Shown here piece after piece: positions 1 through 9,743 of a DNA stretch of 47,084 nt (its first letter is position 1; every line of letters begins with the position of its first letter). The notes under the pieces were generated by a model, which worked only from the letters and a program-made list of their open reading frames with translations, did no database searches and was not told the DNA's origin. The translations under genes were made by a program, and so were the position numbers. The stretch comes from a virus. Taxonomy: Duplodnaviria > Caudoviricetes. The stretch spans positions 1 to 47,084 of the IMG/VR virus record IMGVR_UViG_3300032373_000021; one strand, 5' to 3'.

Positions 1-1
1 C

Positions 2-1402
2 TAGCTGAAACTCTGTGGTGTTCAGATAACCAGATGGTTCAGCCCCCGCAACCGAGACACCGCCCACAGGCCCTATCACACTGGCCATATCATGCACGGC
101 CACGTATGCCCCGTTGACACTCAGCGCAGGATCGTTTTCCCGCGCCCAGCCATCCCCGTAGGACCACGGACTCACCAAGGCATCGACCTCAAACCCTAAA
201 TCATAGAAAGTGATGGCTTGAATTTTGGCGGCAGCTTCAGCGTCAATATCTGCAAGGGTCAGATCACTGATAGCCAATTGATCGCGCGACAGGACTACCC
301 ACGAGCGGGCATACTCAACGGTGCGTTTCTTATAAGGCAAAGGCCCAATTTGGCGCGATATGTCGATAATATCTGCGCCTTTCAGGATGGAAGGCTGGGC
401 ACCAAACTCAATACGGCCCAAACTCAGCTTACCACTGCGTGTAAAGGCTTTGTGTGCCCCGATACCCCGCAAAAGCTTGTCTAGGATATCAATGGCCGTT
501 TCGCTGTCTCCCACCACCACGCCCGCTTGGTAATTAGCGACCGCGCGCAGCACATCGAAGCTAGCCGTATCAATATCGGCTACACCAAGAACGGTAAACT
601 CGACTATCAGTTTTTCAATCAGATCAATGGTGCCGTCGACGTATCCATTGAGTGCATATCCGTTTACGTCACAAGTAGGATCTCCGTCTGGCGGAACTTG
701 AAAGCGAATTAAACCTTCGGCAAGCTTTACGGCGTATTGACCGTCAGCCATGGAGATAGGCCACGATAGGCCGTCCCCCACTTGCTGCAATGCAACGCCC
801 CGATCCCGAACTTCCTGAATAGCCGAAATAGGACCCACCGAAACCATATACTCGTTAACGGTTTCGTCTGTCTTTTCCATACCGACGTTGCGGCAATAGC
901 CGAGCACAAGCGGTTTCACTTTGTCGGCCAAATCAAGACCGCCCTCAGAGCCGCCAGTGCCTGCAAACTTCTGTGCCCGAACGGGCTCTTGCAATACGGC
1001 GCTCGGGTCCGCAAAAGGTATTGCCAGCTCGTCCCTAGACGGTGCCTCAATATCAAGAGCATTGCCCGAATGCCAGATTTTGACGCCGCTCACGGCTTTT
1101 GATTTCTGGTCGTACTCCGCTTCCCATATTTCTATGAGCCGACCATTCCACGAATAATCCAGCAAAGCAGCGTTTGATTTCTCAAGACCATTGATCTTGA
1201 TAGCCCCTATGGTCGGCGCACTGCCCAAAGCCACGTCTTGAACATCGAAATTAGTGACCGACCTCCTCAGGCTCGTGCGGTCCAGATACCCGCGGTATTG
1301 ATTTCCGCCGTAACGGCATGGCGTGGTCGACAGATACACGTCCACTTCCGCAGCCCCTACTATATCGTAGGGGCGCGCATGCAAGAGATAAATGCGGGCC
1401 AT
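2..1402 (-). CDS. Phage tail protein downstream of tape measure (partial, runs off left edge; not in ORF track)
   Basis: ATG at 1402 overlaps the tape-measure stop (TAATG). Manual translation MARIYLLHARPYDIV...KFAGTGGSEGGLDLADKVKPLVLGYCRNV resembles alphaproteobacterial phage tail-tip proteins. The frame was open wherever I translated it, including the window edge. Confidence 0.8.
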   Translation of the reverse strand, partial: MARIYLLHARPYDIVGAAEVDVYLSTTPCRYGGNQYRGYLDRTSLRRSVTNFDVQDVALGSAPTIGAIKINGLEKSNAALLDYSWNGRLIEIWEAEYDQKSKAVSGVKIWHSGNALDIEAPSRDELAIPFADPSAVLQEPVRAQKFAGTGGSEGGLDLADKVKPLVLGYCRNVGMEKTDETVNEYMVSVGPISAIQEVRDRGVALQQVGDGLSWPISMADGQYAVKLAEGLIRFQVPPDGDPTCDVNGYALNGYVDGTIDLIEKLIVEFTVLGVADIDTASFDVLRAVANYQAGVVVGDSETAIDILDKLLRGIGAHKAFTRSGKLSLGRIEFGAQPSILKGADIIDISRQIGPLPYKKRTVEYARSWVVLSRDQLAISDLTLADIDAEAAAKIQAITFYDLGFEVDALVSPWSYGDGWARENDPALSVNGAYVAVHDMASVIGPVGGVSVAGAEPSGYLNTTEFQL

Positions 1403-4400
1403 TAATTAAAGCTCGCTGTTCGCTCTGTCCCGCGGTAACCGCCTCCTGTGCCCGCCATTTGATTGATGGCATTCGTTTGGGCGTTGATCGCGACCGAAAT
1501 GCCCGTGATGCCATTTCTCAAATCGTTGAGGACATCAATCGTCTCCTGACCAATGGCGTCAATAACGTCTGTCTGCATATTCACTGAATCCGATACCTGG
1601 CCAAAGTCAGGTTGATCAAGAGCATCAAGGCGGTCGTTTTGGTTCAGTATGGCAAGGTTCGTCGCATCCTGTACCCGTTGTTGGATCGAGAAGAAATCCG
1701 ACGAGGAGGCAAAGATATTCCGGGCCTGCTCAATGATCGTGCGACCGACTTGCTGGAATGCCCCAAAGTCAACGTTTTCACCAGCTCCCAATCGAGCCTC
1801 GAATACAGCGAACTCAGAAAGCAGATCACCAACCACATTGCTGCCGGACCTAAAAGAGAGCGAACCAAACTGAAGTTCAAACAGAAAGTTCTTCCAATCC
1901 CTCGTCAAGGCCTCCGATTGGCTTTTCAGCAGGCGCTCGCGTTCCTTCCCTTGGACCTCAAGCAGCAAATTCGTGTCTAAGCCAAACTTGCGGAACTTGT
2001 TGAACTCTGTTTCCTGCGTGGAAACCAACTCTTCCCATGCCGCTTTTGCGGGGTTGGTGAAGTCCACAAGCCGTGACATTAGATCCTTATGCGCTCCCTC
2101 GACAAAAGCCACGTCCTGAAGCACGCTATCCAGATCGTTTATGTTCGCATTCTTGAGTAGGTTTTTTGAAATATCGCTAAGGCCAGTTATGACGCCGCGG
2201 CTAAGAGCACTCGCTACCGCAGCCGCCACAGCGTCTTCAGCATTATCGAACGTCTGGTGTCGGTCGTTGCTGCCAAAGTTTTTGTTGTCCCTTGAAGGCG
2301 TGCTCTGAAAAACAAACTCGTCTTTTCGGTGCCCAATCTGTCCAACCTGAAATCCCGCCTGTAGGGAACCACCCGCACCGTCTGCAATTTTGTTGAGAAT
2401 GTCAATCACAGAATCAGCAAGAGTGCCCGCGACAGCCCGGTCACCTTTGCCGCGAGCAAACGAGCCAGTAACGCCAAGCTCCCCGCTCGAACCTACCCCG
2501 ACAGTGGCCCCCGCTTTTGCCGTCTTGCCAAACAGGCCAACAAGCTTCCCGATGATACCGCCCGCAATTCCGCCTAGAATGTTTCCGAGGCCGGGGATGG
2601 CACTTCCGATAACAGCACCTATGCTGCCGCCAGTGCCGGAGAGGCCCAGACCTCCTAAAGCTTGGCCGAACCCTATATTTCCGAGCAGGCCACCGAGTTT
2701 TCCTGTGATGCCCTTTAGCCCTTTACTCAAGCCACTGAACAGGCCTTTCAATGGGCCAAAATCGATTTTTGTTAAAATGCCTTCAGTCGGTAGTTTCAGT
2801 TCAAAACCGCTGCCAAAAATGCCTTTGCCGTCTTTTCCCGAGTCAGCCGTGGATTTATTTTCGCTGCTTCCACCAATTATGTTTGCTATCCCGCCAATCC
2901 CACCTTCGGGTGAAGCAGTCTTAAATATAGCGTCGAAAAGTTTAGCCCCCGCAATCTGTGCAGCCATGGTTTTGAAGATGCCAAAAACATTCTTAGCGAA
3001 ACCCTTGAATCCATTTAGGCCGTTGTCGAAAATGTCTTGGAATAACTGGCCAAAACTGTCCTGAATATTGCGGTAGGCTTGGTCCCATGCTTGTGAAACC
3101 CCATCGACGGCATCGCGCTGTGCACCGATTTCTTTTCTCACGCCTTGCAGAAGGGAAAGCTTTTGATGGATTTGGTCAAGTTCTGCCGGTAACAGCTCGC
3201 GACCCATGCGCCCAGAGAGGGCCGCTATATATGCGACTGTGTCTGCTTCCTCATCACGGCCCGCGAGGATCAACTTTTGAACTTTTAATTCAAGGTCAAG
3301 ATCACCCGTGGTGTCTGCAAAAACAGCTCTTTGCTTTCGTTGAATCTTCAAACGGTCCGCAGTCAGCTTCAACAAGATACCAAGTATGTCGACGCCTTTG
3401 GCAGCCTCAGTGTTGGTATTGCTGGTTTCACCGGTGTTACCTTCAATTTGTACCCCGACGCTTGCCAATATCTTCTGTTGGGCGGTTGCCGTTCCATTGA
3501 TCGATGCTATTTGTGCTTCAATCGCTGATAAACCATCTCTAAGGCTTTGCAGCTCGGTTGCCTTCGCCATTACCTTAGGCAATAGACCCGTTTGGCCCTC
3601 AAATTTTGAAATTGAAGCCAGAGCAACACCCAATTCATTCGCGGAAACCTTTGCGCCAATGAATTGCTGCTTTAGCTTCTCAACGCCCAGTCGGTCGTCA
3701 CCGAAAGTGAAGTTTTGAAACTGGTTTATCAGCCCCTCAAAGTTATCGTCGCCAATTCCCATTTTGCCATTTAGGCCACGAAAGACCCGCGTAGCGAGAC
3801 TGGATGTATTCTCATCAATAGATAGCTTCAATTGGTCTCGGGCATTTATGAGCCGCCCTTCAGCAAGTTTACGTTCTGCCGTAGAAAGCTTGTCAATCTT
3901 TTCGATCTGGCCATCTATGCCACTAAACCAGTCATCCGAAGCCGTTTTCGCTACTTTCATTGCCTCACTAGCCGAGAGCACGTCTTCAGACAAAGTTACA
4001 AATGCTATGGCTAATCCGGTTATTGCAAGGCCAATTGGCCCACCGACGAACGCCAAGGCACCCCGCAATGCCGTTGCAGCGCCAGTCATCAGTGCCATTC
4101 TTGCGGCTGCAATGGGCGCTATTGTGGCCATCATCCGTATTCCGGCAACTGCCGCTAGGTTTTGAGTTAAAAACGCGGCCCATGCTGCAGCACCTAGTGC
4201 CTGGACAAGCCTCACGCCCAATATTGTAGCTACGACTGTCGCGATTGAACCCAACGTATCCAGATTATCTCCCATCAAGCCTATCAAGCTCGTTGCGTTA
4301 AGAATTCCCTGGGTCAGTGCGCCAAGCGCTCCGGTGCTAGCCACTCTGTCGGAAAACTTATCAAAAGCGTCGCCCATATTCGACATTGCGCCAGCGAATG

Positions 4401-5067
4401 TTCGGCTTTGATCCTCGGCAGCGCCGCCGAAGTTGGCCTGAGCAATTTCAATAATTGCCTGAAATATTGAACTAGCGTCTTTTTTGATTGATTTGGTCAC
4501 GCCATTAAAAGAGATTTTGGCCTGGTCACCCTCGGAACGCAGGATGATACCAAACTGCTTTAGCGCCTCAGCCTCGCCGAATGATGCTGACACTGCAGCT
4601 TGTACGGCTTGCGTAATATCTCTCCCGCGCCCGGCGGCCAGATCAGCGAGCGCGATCATTTCCTCTTTTGCTGGCTTAAGGCCCACGCCTTTGAGATTTA
4701 TGTAAGCTTCGGTCAAATTCCGCACAGCGAACGGAGTTTTGGAAGCAAGTCCCTGAATGACCTTGAACTGCTTTGCCGCTGCTTCGGCAGAACCGGTGAC
4801 GGTTTTTAGCTGGACGCGAAGCTGCTCAAAAGCCGAACCAATTTTGATAATGGACCTAACCAGCAAGCCGAGGCCTAAAGCACCAGCTACCGCACCAAAG
4901 CCGACCAATTGTTTCTTGAATCTCGAAAAAGCACCTTCCGTTTTTTGCACGGCACCGGTGGCGGAATTGGCATCACGTTTGATGTCTTTCAGACTACGGG
5001 TAGCTACACGTTCACCGGACTGCATATCGCGGGCGTCAATCCCTAATCGCAGAACTTGTTCGGTCAC
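1402..5067 (-). CDS. Tail tape measure protein
   Basis: About 1220 aa, Ala/Gly-rich and helical, with a tape-measure N-domain (ASKTPFAVRNLTEAYINL). Likely GTG start at 5067 with a GGAG RBS. Confidence 0.92.
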   Translation of the reverse strand: MTEQVLRLGIDARDMQSGERVATRSLKDIKRDANSATGAVQKTEGAFSRFKKQLVGFGAVAGALGLGLLVRSIIKIGSAFEQLRVQLKTVTGSAEAAAKQFKVIQGLASKTPFAVRNLTEAYINLKGVGLKPAKEEMIALADLAAGRGRDITQAVQAAVSASFGEAEALKQFGIILRSEGDQAKISFNGVTKSIKKDASSIFQAIIEIAQANFGGAAEDQSRTFAGAMSNMGDAFDKFSDRVASTGALGALTQGILNATSLIGLMGDNLDTLGSIATVVATILGVRLVQALGAAAWAAFLTQNLAAVAGIRMMATIAPIAAARMALMTGAATALRGALAFVGGPIGLAITGLAIAFVTLSEDVLSASEAMKVAKTASDDWFSGIDGQIEKIDKLSTAERKLAEGRLINARDQLKLSIDENTSSLATRVFRGLNGKMGIGDDNFEGLINQFQNFTFGDDRLGVEKLKQQFIGAKVSANELGVALASISKFEGQTGLLPKVMAKATELQSLRDGLSAIEAQIASINGTATAQQKILASVGVQIEGNTGETSNTNTEAAKGVDILGILLKLTADRLKIQRKQRAVFADTTGDLDLELKVQKLILAGRDEEADTVAYIAALSGRMGRELLPAELDQIHQKLSLLQGVRKEIGAQRDAVDGVSQAWDQAYRNIQDSFGQLFQDIFDNGLNGFKGFAKNVFGIFKTMAAQIAGAKLFDAIFKTASPEGGIGGIANIIGGSSENKSTADSGKDGKGIFGSGFELKLPTEGILTKIDFGPLKGLFSGLSKGLKGITGKLGGLLGNIGFGQALGGLGLSGTGGSIGAVIGSAIPGLGNILGGIAGGIIGKLVGLFGKTAKAGATVGVGSSGELGVTGSFARGKGDRAVAGTLADSVIDILNKIADGAGGSLQAGFQVGQIGHRKDEFVFQSTPSRDNKNFGSNDRHQTFDNAEDAVAAAVASALSRGVITGLSDISKNLLKNANINDLDSVLQDVAFVEGAHKDLMSRLVDFTNPAKAAWEELVSTQETEFNKFRKFGLDTNLLLEVQGKERERLLKSQSEALTRDWKNFLFELQFGSLSFRSGSNVVGDLLSEFAVFEARLGAGENVDFGAFQQVGRTIIEQARNIFASSSDFFSIQQRVQDATNLAILNQNDRLDALDQPDFGQVSDSVNMQTDVIDAIGQETIDVLNDLRNGITGISVAINAQTNAINQMAGTGGGYRGTERTASFN

Positions 5068-5081
5068 GGGCGTTCTCCATA

Positions 5082-5108
5082 GAAAAGCCACCCCGGATGA
5101 GGTGACTT
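5082..5108 (-). terminator. Putative intrinsic terminator upstream of tape measure
   Basis: Minus strand AAGTCACCTCATCCGGGGTGGCTTTTC: hairpin plus short U tract. Confidence 0.45.
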
Positions 5109-5165
5109 GGTACATTCAACTTTTGCGGTTATATTATTTCCCCACACAACCAAGGGAGTATGACG

Positions 5166-5339
5166 ATGGCAAAAAAGCCGAAGAAACAATCATCCGATAA
5201 AGTCTCTACACTTGCTGCCAAAGTACTTGGCGGTAGCAAAAAACCGACGGCGGCAGAGAAGGCATGCGCCTATTATCCACACAATTACAAAAACTCTCTG
5301 CGCAGCTCTATATTCAATTGTGGCTTCAAGTTTATCTAA
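5166..5339 (+). CDS. Small basic protein, possibly truncated or fused at about 5258 (not in ORF track)
   Basis: AGGGAG RBS, then MAKKPKKQSSDKVSTLAAKVLGGSKKPTAAE; the remaining codons overlap the next ORF out of frame. Confidence 0.45.
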   Translation: MAKKPKKQSSDKVSTLAAKVLGGSKKPTAAEKACAYYPHNYKNSLRSSIFNCGFKFI

Positions 5340-5917
5340 TGGAAGCCGTCATCGAGCGAGGAATTAACTATTTTATACAACGAAATCCTAATTCATTGCA
5401 GCGGTTTCGTTGGCGTGTAGATCAAAAATCACCGGACGTCAAAACTGATTTTGAAGACGCATTTGAAAAGCTGAGCCCGGCTCTTCTACAATCATTCTCT
5501 TTGGCTGATCCAAAAGGTCTTTTTGATTGGTGCGACTACCGACCGATGAAAAAATATATGATTGAGAAAGGCGAATTCCCTGACTATCTAATGGATAAGT
5601 TCCCCCACCTTGAATCCGAGCAAGGTTTAAATCTGCAAAAAATATTAAGAGATGACATTCGGTTCGTTGACTCTAAGAATTTTGACGGCGTTCAGGTCGC
5701 CGACCTGCTAGCTTCAGGACTTCGTAAATTACTGAGGAAAAATTTTAGTGATAACCAGAAAGCTGCCCAATACCTTGGCAGGCTGATGATACAAGCAGAA
5801 CGAACGAACCCCCCTCTCAAATTTGCCTCATTTGGCCAAGACGCATTTCTTGATGATGACCTAGCCTACTTAGTCAACATCATGAAGAAATCTTGTCGAC
5901 CCATGTTCCACTCATGA
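5264..5917 (+). pseudogene. DUF3800-like protein, apparently lacking its N-terminus (moron)
   Basis: C-terminal FVDSK...VQVADLLAS motif typical of DUF3800, but no N-terminal DESG motif. AT-rich and antisense to the late genes. Confidence 0.55.
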
Positions 5918-5971
5918 GCCAGCCAACGAAAAAAGCTCACCCGTCCGTCTAAAAAAGACTGAGTGATTGGT

Positions 5972-6355
5972 CTATTTAATTTTTGCCTCTACACACAACT
6001 CTGTAAGCTGCCAATCTACCACCGCTCTTTCGCCTGGCTGAATGGTATATCTTGAGGCACATTGCATCTTGATATCCGACAAGAGTTTCTCTCTTTCTTC
6101 CGCCGTCTTGTCTCTTGAAAATGCATCCATAAGCATACTGAATTCATTCAGAGCTATACGTTCCGCCGCTTCCAACTGACCCTTTGCGCAAAAGGCCAAC
6201 TTAGTAAACTGCTCCCGGTCGCTCTCTGTTCGTATGCTAGAATATTCGATAAGTGGCATTCCCAATTTAAAAGAACATAGCAATTGAGGATCGCTGATAC
6301 TGTGTTCTGCCCCATTATCAACAAACAACATCGCCGCCAAAGCTAGTTCAATCAC
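5972..6355 (-). CDS. Hypothetical exported protein (moron)
   Basis: 127-aa ORF with a hydrophobic N-terminus and 4 Cys; starts just after the upstream stop. Confidence 0.65.
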   Translation of the reverse strand: MIELALAAMLFVDNGAEHSISDPQLLCSFKLGMPLIEYSSIRTESDREQFTKLAFCAKGQLEAAERIALNEFSMLMDAFSRDKTAEEREKLLSDIKMQCASRYTIQPGERAVVDWQLTELCVEAKIK

Positions 6356-6358
6356 TGA

Positions 6359-6661
6359 TCAGATCCCCTCCGCCTGTCTTGCTCTGTATCTTTCAATCTG
6401 CGCCTTACTCACGTCAGAAACGTAGCACAATGGCGAGGCACCGCCTGGCTTTGAGTAAGCACTGCGTTTGCCACACTTCGATCCGTTAGACGTAGTGTTG
6501 TAAGGGCAAGGACATCTACCGCTATAAGAACTTATGGACTTCTGAATAAGTATTTTTGCTATTTGTTGGTCGATGAGTGTGGGTTTCTTGGCATCATCTG
6601 CAAATGCTGCAGAAGCCGATAACAAGGTTGCACACATAAAGTATGTGAAAATTCGTTTCAT
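6359..6661 (-). CDS. Secreted Cys-rich hypothetical protein (CPCPY motif)
   Basis: Signal peptide (ending AAFA) and SYSGRCPCPYN...CGKRSAYSKPGG...PLCY motif; GAGGGG RBS. Confidence 0.8.
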   Translation of the reverse strand: MKRIFTYFMCATLLSASAAFADDAKKPTLIDQQIAKILIQKSISSYSGRCPCPYNTTSNGSKCGKRSAYSKPGGASPLCYVSDVSKAQIERYRARQAEGI

Positions 6662-6746
6662 AACTTTCCCCTCTCGCGCTACGATTAGAGGCCCCGAATT
6701 GCATATAAGTCAACGGGAAGTTTCAGTTTAAACCCTATATAATGTT

Positions 6747-6986
6747 CTAGTTGTCTTCTTCTTTCCTGCTCTGCAGCGTCCGAAATTCCATATCCATCTG
6801 CTGGATCAGAAACACAAACTCTTCCGCATAGTCATCAGGACCAAGGCCGTATAAGGACCGCCAAGCCAGCATATCGCCGAAACTGATAGCGTTTATGCCC
6901 ATCCCTACCGTGCGGGCCCCAGACAGTTCCCAAAAATCATTGAAGTAACCCATTTCCCATTCGTCAAGCTCAGGGGATTCCGGCAT
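6747..6986 (-). CDS. Tail assembly chaperone, gpT-like part (reached by -1 frameshift)
   Basis: Lies between the gpG-like gene and the tape measure; its frame is open back to the slippery site at 7100-7106. Confidence 0.8.
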   Translation of the reverse strand: MPESPELDEWEMGYFNDFWELSGARTVGMGINAISFGDMLAWRSLYGLGPDDYAEEFVFLIQQMDMEFRTLQSRKEEDN

Positions 6987-7033
6987 TTCAATCTCTGCGT
7001 CATCCCCTGCTTGTTCTCGTTTTTGGGCTTCGA

Positions 7034-7477
7034 TTATTTCGAGCTCTTCTTCTCCGTTTTCTCCGCCCCACTGGATTGCCCAGCGGACGGCGCTTCGGAG
7101 TTTTTTGCCGCTGCTTCAAGTTCCGCTTTGTTAAAGATCTTTTCGTCTTCCGCAATGCGTTCAATGTCCCTTCGAAAATCAGGCAATTCACAAAGCACGT
7201 CAAACGCATATTCTTTGGAGAATGCCTCGAGGTCTTCAAAGCCCTTCCAACCCATCAGGATCGTCTCTGATACCAAACGGGCCATAATCTTGTTGAGTTC
7301 CTCGTCATCGTTCTTTTGCCGACGTCGCTCTTTTGAAAGCTGTTGTGAAACTCGGGTAAAGCGCTTGTTGGCGCCGCCTGCCCTTGCCACTTTCACCCAA
7401 GCTTCTTCACCATACCAAACCCATACGCCGTCTTTCTCTGCGACGGCATCGGTTTTCTTGTTTTCGAAAATCTTCAT
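7034..7477 (-). CDS. Tail assembly chaperone (gpG-like)
   Basis: Follows the tail tube gene; GVWV...VKVARAGGAN...ILMGWKG pattern; ends near A-AAA-AAC. Confidence 0.85.
   Translation of the reverse strand: MKIFENKKTDAVAEKDGVWVWYGEEAWVKVARAGGANKRFTRVSQQLSKERRRQKNDDEELNKIMARLVSETILMGWKGFEDLEAFSKEYAFDVLCELPDFRRDIERIAEDEKIFNKAELEAAAKNSEAPSAGQSSGAEKTEKKSSK
7100..7106 (-). other. Programmed -1 ribosomal frameshift heptamer A-AAA-AAC
   Basis: In-frame GCA AAA AAC (X XXY YYZ). The -1 frame reads LRSAVRWAIQWGG...EIEMPESPEL into the 6747..6986 ORF with no stop. Confidence 0.85.
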
Positions 7478-7584
7478 GAAATTTACCTTGTCGGTTTAAG
7501 CGCAGAGATCGGGGCAGGCCCGACAAAACCTGCCCCACCCTGCGCGCGGGGAAACTCAAAGCACTATAAGTGCCCGTTGTCGGA

Positions 7585-8493
7585 TTAAACTTTGACGATT
7601 GTGATGTCGGTAGACGGCGTCGGGTCGTACTGCGCCTGGTAATTCACCGTTGCTTTAAAGCTGTCACCCTTTGCAGCCATGGGGGCCGAATAATCGGTAA
7701 GTTTAGCTTTGGTCATTGTCACCGTGTAGGTCGTGCCGCCTTTGACCATATCAAAGCTTATGGCCGCGTTAGTGCGGCTTTTGAAAGCCGTGTATGCCTC
7801 AAAGCTTTCAAAATAGAGCTCTATAGTGCCGGTGACAGATCGTTCGCCATTTCCGATTGCTACGGCGGTGTCTGAGCCCAAGGCATCACGCTCGGACAAT
7901 TCATTTGAGATTTCCATACTGATAGACGTTGCGATCGGGTTTGTAATACCCGTGATGGCGACGTTTTTGAGATCAGTACCAATTAGATAAGAAGCCCCTG
8001 AAGCGGCTGTGTATGTGGCGCCCAAGATAATCGCTGTGCCGGTCGTTTCCGTTAGCCCCATAAATTGAACGGAGGCCCCCTGCTTAGCCTTGGTTCCTGC
8101 GTTCAAGGACAAGCTTGATACACGTAGTCCCGCAAATCGGTGGTAAAGCGCAGCCGAAATTTTGCGCTCGACTGTGAAATGATGATCGTCCTGCGCTCCT
8201 TCCAAAGTCCCTGCGTTCCATGTCCCGCGCAGAGCCGCCTCAAGCATATCTTCGAACTCTTGGCTTAACCGCGGCAGGAATTCAATACCGCCACCAATAC
8301 TTTCACCGTTGGCTTGAACCTCCTGCACGGCTGCTACCGCTGCAATCTCATTGCCGCTCTCATACGCCAAAGTCGACTTGAGTGATTCCCCGGTAATTTT
8401 CATTTTTTGAAAAACAGGTGTTGCGGGTGTAACGCCGGCCGTTACTTCTTTGACGTAGCCCATTTCGGACTCGTTGACGTCCATCAAAGCCAT
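7585..8493 (-). CDS. Major tail (tube) protein
   Basis: 302 aa; YVKEVTAGVTP N-terminus and HFTVER motif; position in tail operon. Confidence 0.85.
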   Translation of the reverse strand: MALMDVNESEMGYVKEVTAGVTPATPVFQKMKITGESLKSTLAYESGNEIAAVAAVQEVQANGESIGGGIEFLPRLSQEFEDMLEAALRGTWNAGTLEGAQDDHHFTVERKISAALYHRFAGLRVSSLSLNAGTKAKQGASVQFMGLTETTGTAIILGATYTAASGASYLIGTDLKNVAITGITNPIATSISMEISNELSERDALGSDTAVAIGNGERSVTGTIELYFESFEAYTAFKSRTNAAISFDMVKGGTTYTVTMTKAKLTDYSAPMAAKGDSFKATVNYQAQYDPTPSTDITIVKV

Positions 8494-8513
8494 TTGCTTG
8501 CTCCTTCGATATG

Positions 8514-8537
8514 AAAAAGCCCGCTACAATGGCGGGC
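8514..8537 (-). terminator. Intrinsic terminator-like hairpin
   Basis: Minus strand GCCCGCCATTGTAGCGGGC followed by TTTTT. Confidence 0.6.
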
Positions 8538-8547
8538 ATTTGGGTGG

Positions 8548-8946
8548 TTATTCTTGTGATCTGTAGGGGATATTGACGTTGACCTGGTAGGCTTCCCCTT
8601 GTTTGCCTCGATCAAATATATTGGGGTCCAAAGTAATTAGTTTCCCGCTAGGGCCAGACCAGTTGTTAAACACGGCAATCACGGCGTCTAAAATTTCGAG
8701 CGCCTTCACAACATCCTCGCCCTTAACGCCTGTGAATATCTGTATCATGACCAGCCCCGAGCGCTCTTTGTCTGTATTGCCTCCCAGACCGATTGTGCCG
8801 GATAACTGCGGGACCATGCGGAATACAACGCGAGGCAAAGTAGCCGTGGAGCTTTTCTGCCCGGGGAATAAAACAGGTTCAGCCCTTAAGGCCCAACCGG
8901 CGATCATCCGTTGCTCTAGAGCCTCTTTATCTGCTTGGTGACCCAT
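8548..8946 (-). CDS. Tail terminator/completion protein
   Basis: 132 aa immediately before the tail tube gene; GLVMIQIF...YQVNVNIPY pattern. Confidence 0.7.
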   Translation of the reverse strand: MGHQADKEALEQRMIAGWALRAEPVLFPGQKSSTATLPRVVFRMVPQLSGTIGLGGNTDKERSGLVMIQIFTGVKGEDVVKALEILDAVIAVFNNWSGPSGKLITLDPNIFDRGKQGEAYQVNVNIPYRSQE

Positions 8947-8948
8947 GG

Positions 8949-9341
8949 TTAAAGCCCATATTTGTTTTTAAGACGATTGGCCGTTAGAGCCACCATGCCC
9001 TCGGGCGCCTTTTGACTGTGCCCATGCTCAAGCGCATCAATGTAGGGCAACCCATTGTTGAGCCAAATAATGCTGTTAGGTGGTGTACTTGTCATTACAG
9101 CCTCGCCAGCCGCGATCGTGCCGCCGCCGCTCTTGTCGCTGTTTTCAATTTGGCTATTGATCACCGCATTGACACTGACCTGCCAGTTACCGCGCGCTCT
9201 GCCACTGTCTACCGGCGTCATCAGCACTACACCCTCTAGGGCCTCAAACGCTATTTTCCGTTGGATCAGTCTGGATTTGGGCTCTATGTCGCCTGCAAAT
9301 TTATCTAACGCTGCCCCAAAAGATTTTATGTTCGAGGTCAC
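8949..9341 (-). CDS. HK97 gp10-like neck/tail completion protein
   Basis: TPVDSGRARGNW and PYIDALEHGHSQKAPEGMV motifs. Confidence 0.85.
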   Translation of the reverse strand: MTSNIKSFGAALDKFAGDIEPKSRLIQRKIAFEALEGVVLMTPVDSGRARGNWQVSVNAVINSQIENSDKSGGGTIAAGEAVMTSTPPNSIIWLNNGLPYIDALEHGHSQKAPEGMVALTANRLKNKYGL

Positions 9342-9742
9342 GCACCGGGATCCGGTACGCTGCGCAGCCCAAGGTTATAGATAATGACCACCGTGGCGGG
9401 CCGTACCGGTGTAATTCCGGCAATACGCCACCATCCGCCGTCGAAGGAAAACAGGTCTCCTAGCTTGGGGGGCGCAACAAGGCCCTCAGCTTCCATCTTG
9501 GCAAATCGTATGTGCTTCTCGTCGTAGTTTTCTTCTTTTACGTCAAAGGCCTGAATTTTGTCCCCAGTAGCGGGCGGGGTGACGATCCAGACATTGAGGT
9601 AATCGACATAGGTGTTCCCATTGGCACCCGTCGCCGGGTCATAGATACCACCTTGGGTGAAAATTCTTAATGTAGCGGGCTTTCCTGCCTTGCGGATCGC
9701 TAGTGAAGCTTTGAGCCGGATGGCCTCGTAATCAATCGCCAT
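9338..9742 (-). CDS. Head-closure / head-tail adaptor
   Basis: 134 aa in the neck gene position; GGIYDPATG motif. Confidence 0.7.
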   Translation of the reverse strand: MAIDYEAIRLKASLAIRKAGKPATLRIFTQGGIYDPATGANGNTYVDYLNVWIVTPPATGDKIQAFDVKEENYDEKHIRFAKMEAEGLVAPPKLGDLFSFDGGWWRIAGITPVRPATVVIIYNLGLRSVPDPGA

Positions 9743-9743
9743 C

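Noticed and set aside
218-5200. Numerous plus-strand ORFs (e.g. 2390..3064, 3764..4165)
   Set aside because: They are antisense shadows of the tape measure and tail genes, with no RBS or motifs.
7000-7239. 79-aa Arg-rich ORF as the frameshift product
   Set aside because: It is the +1 frame and stops at 7000; the -1 frame is the one joining the downstream ORF.
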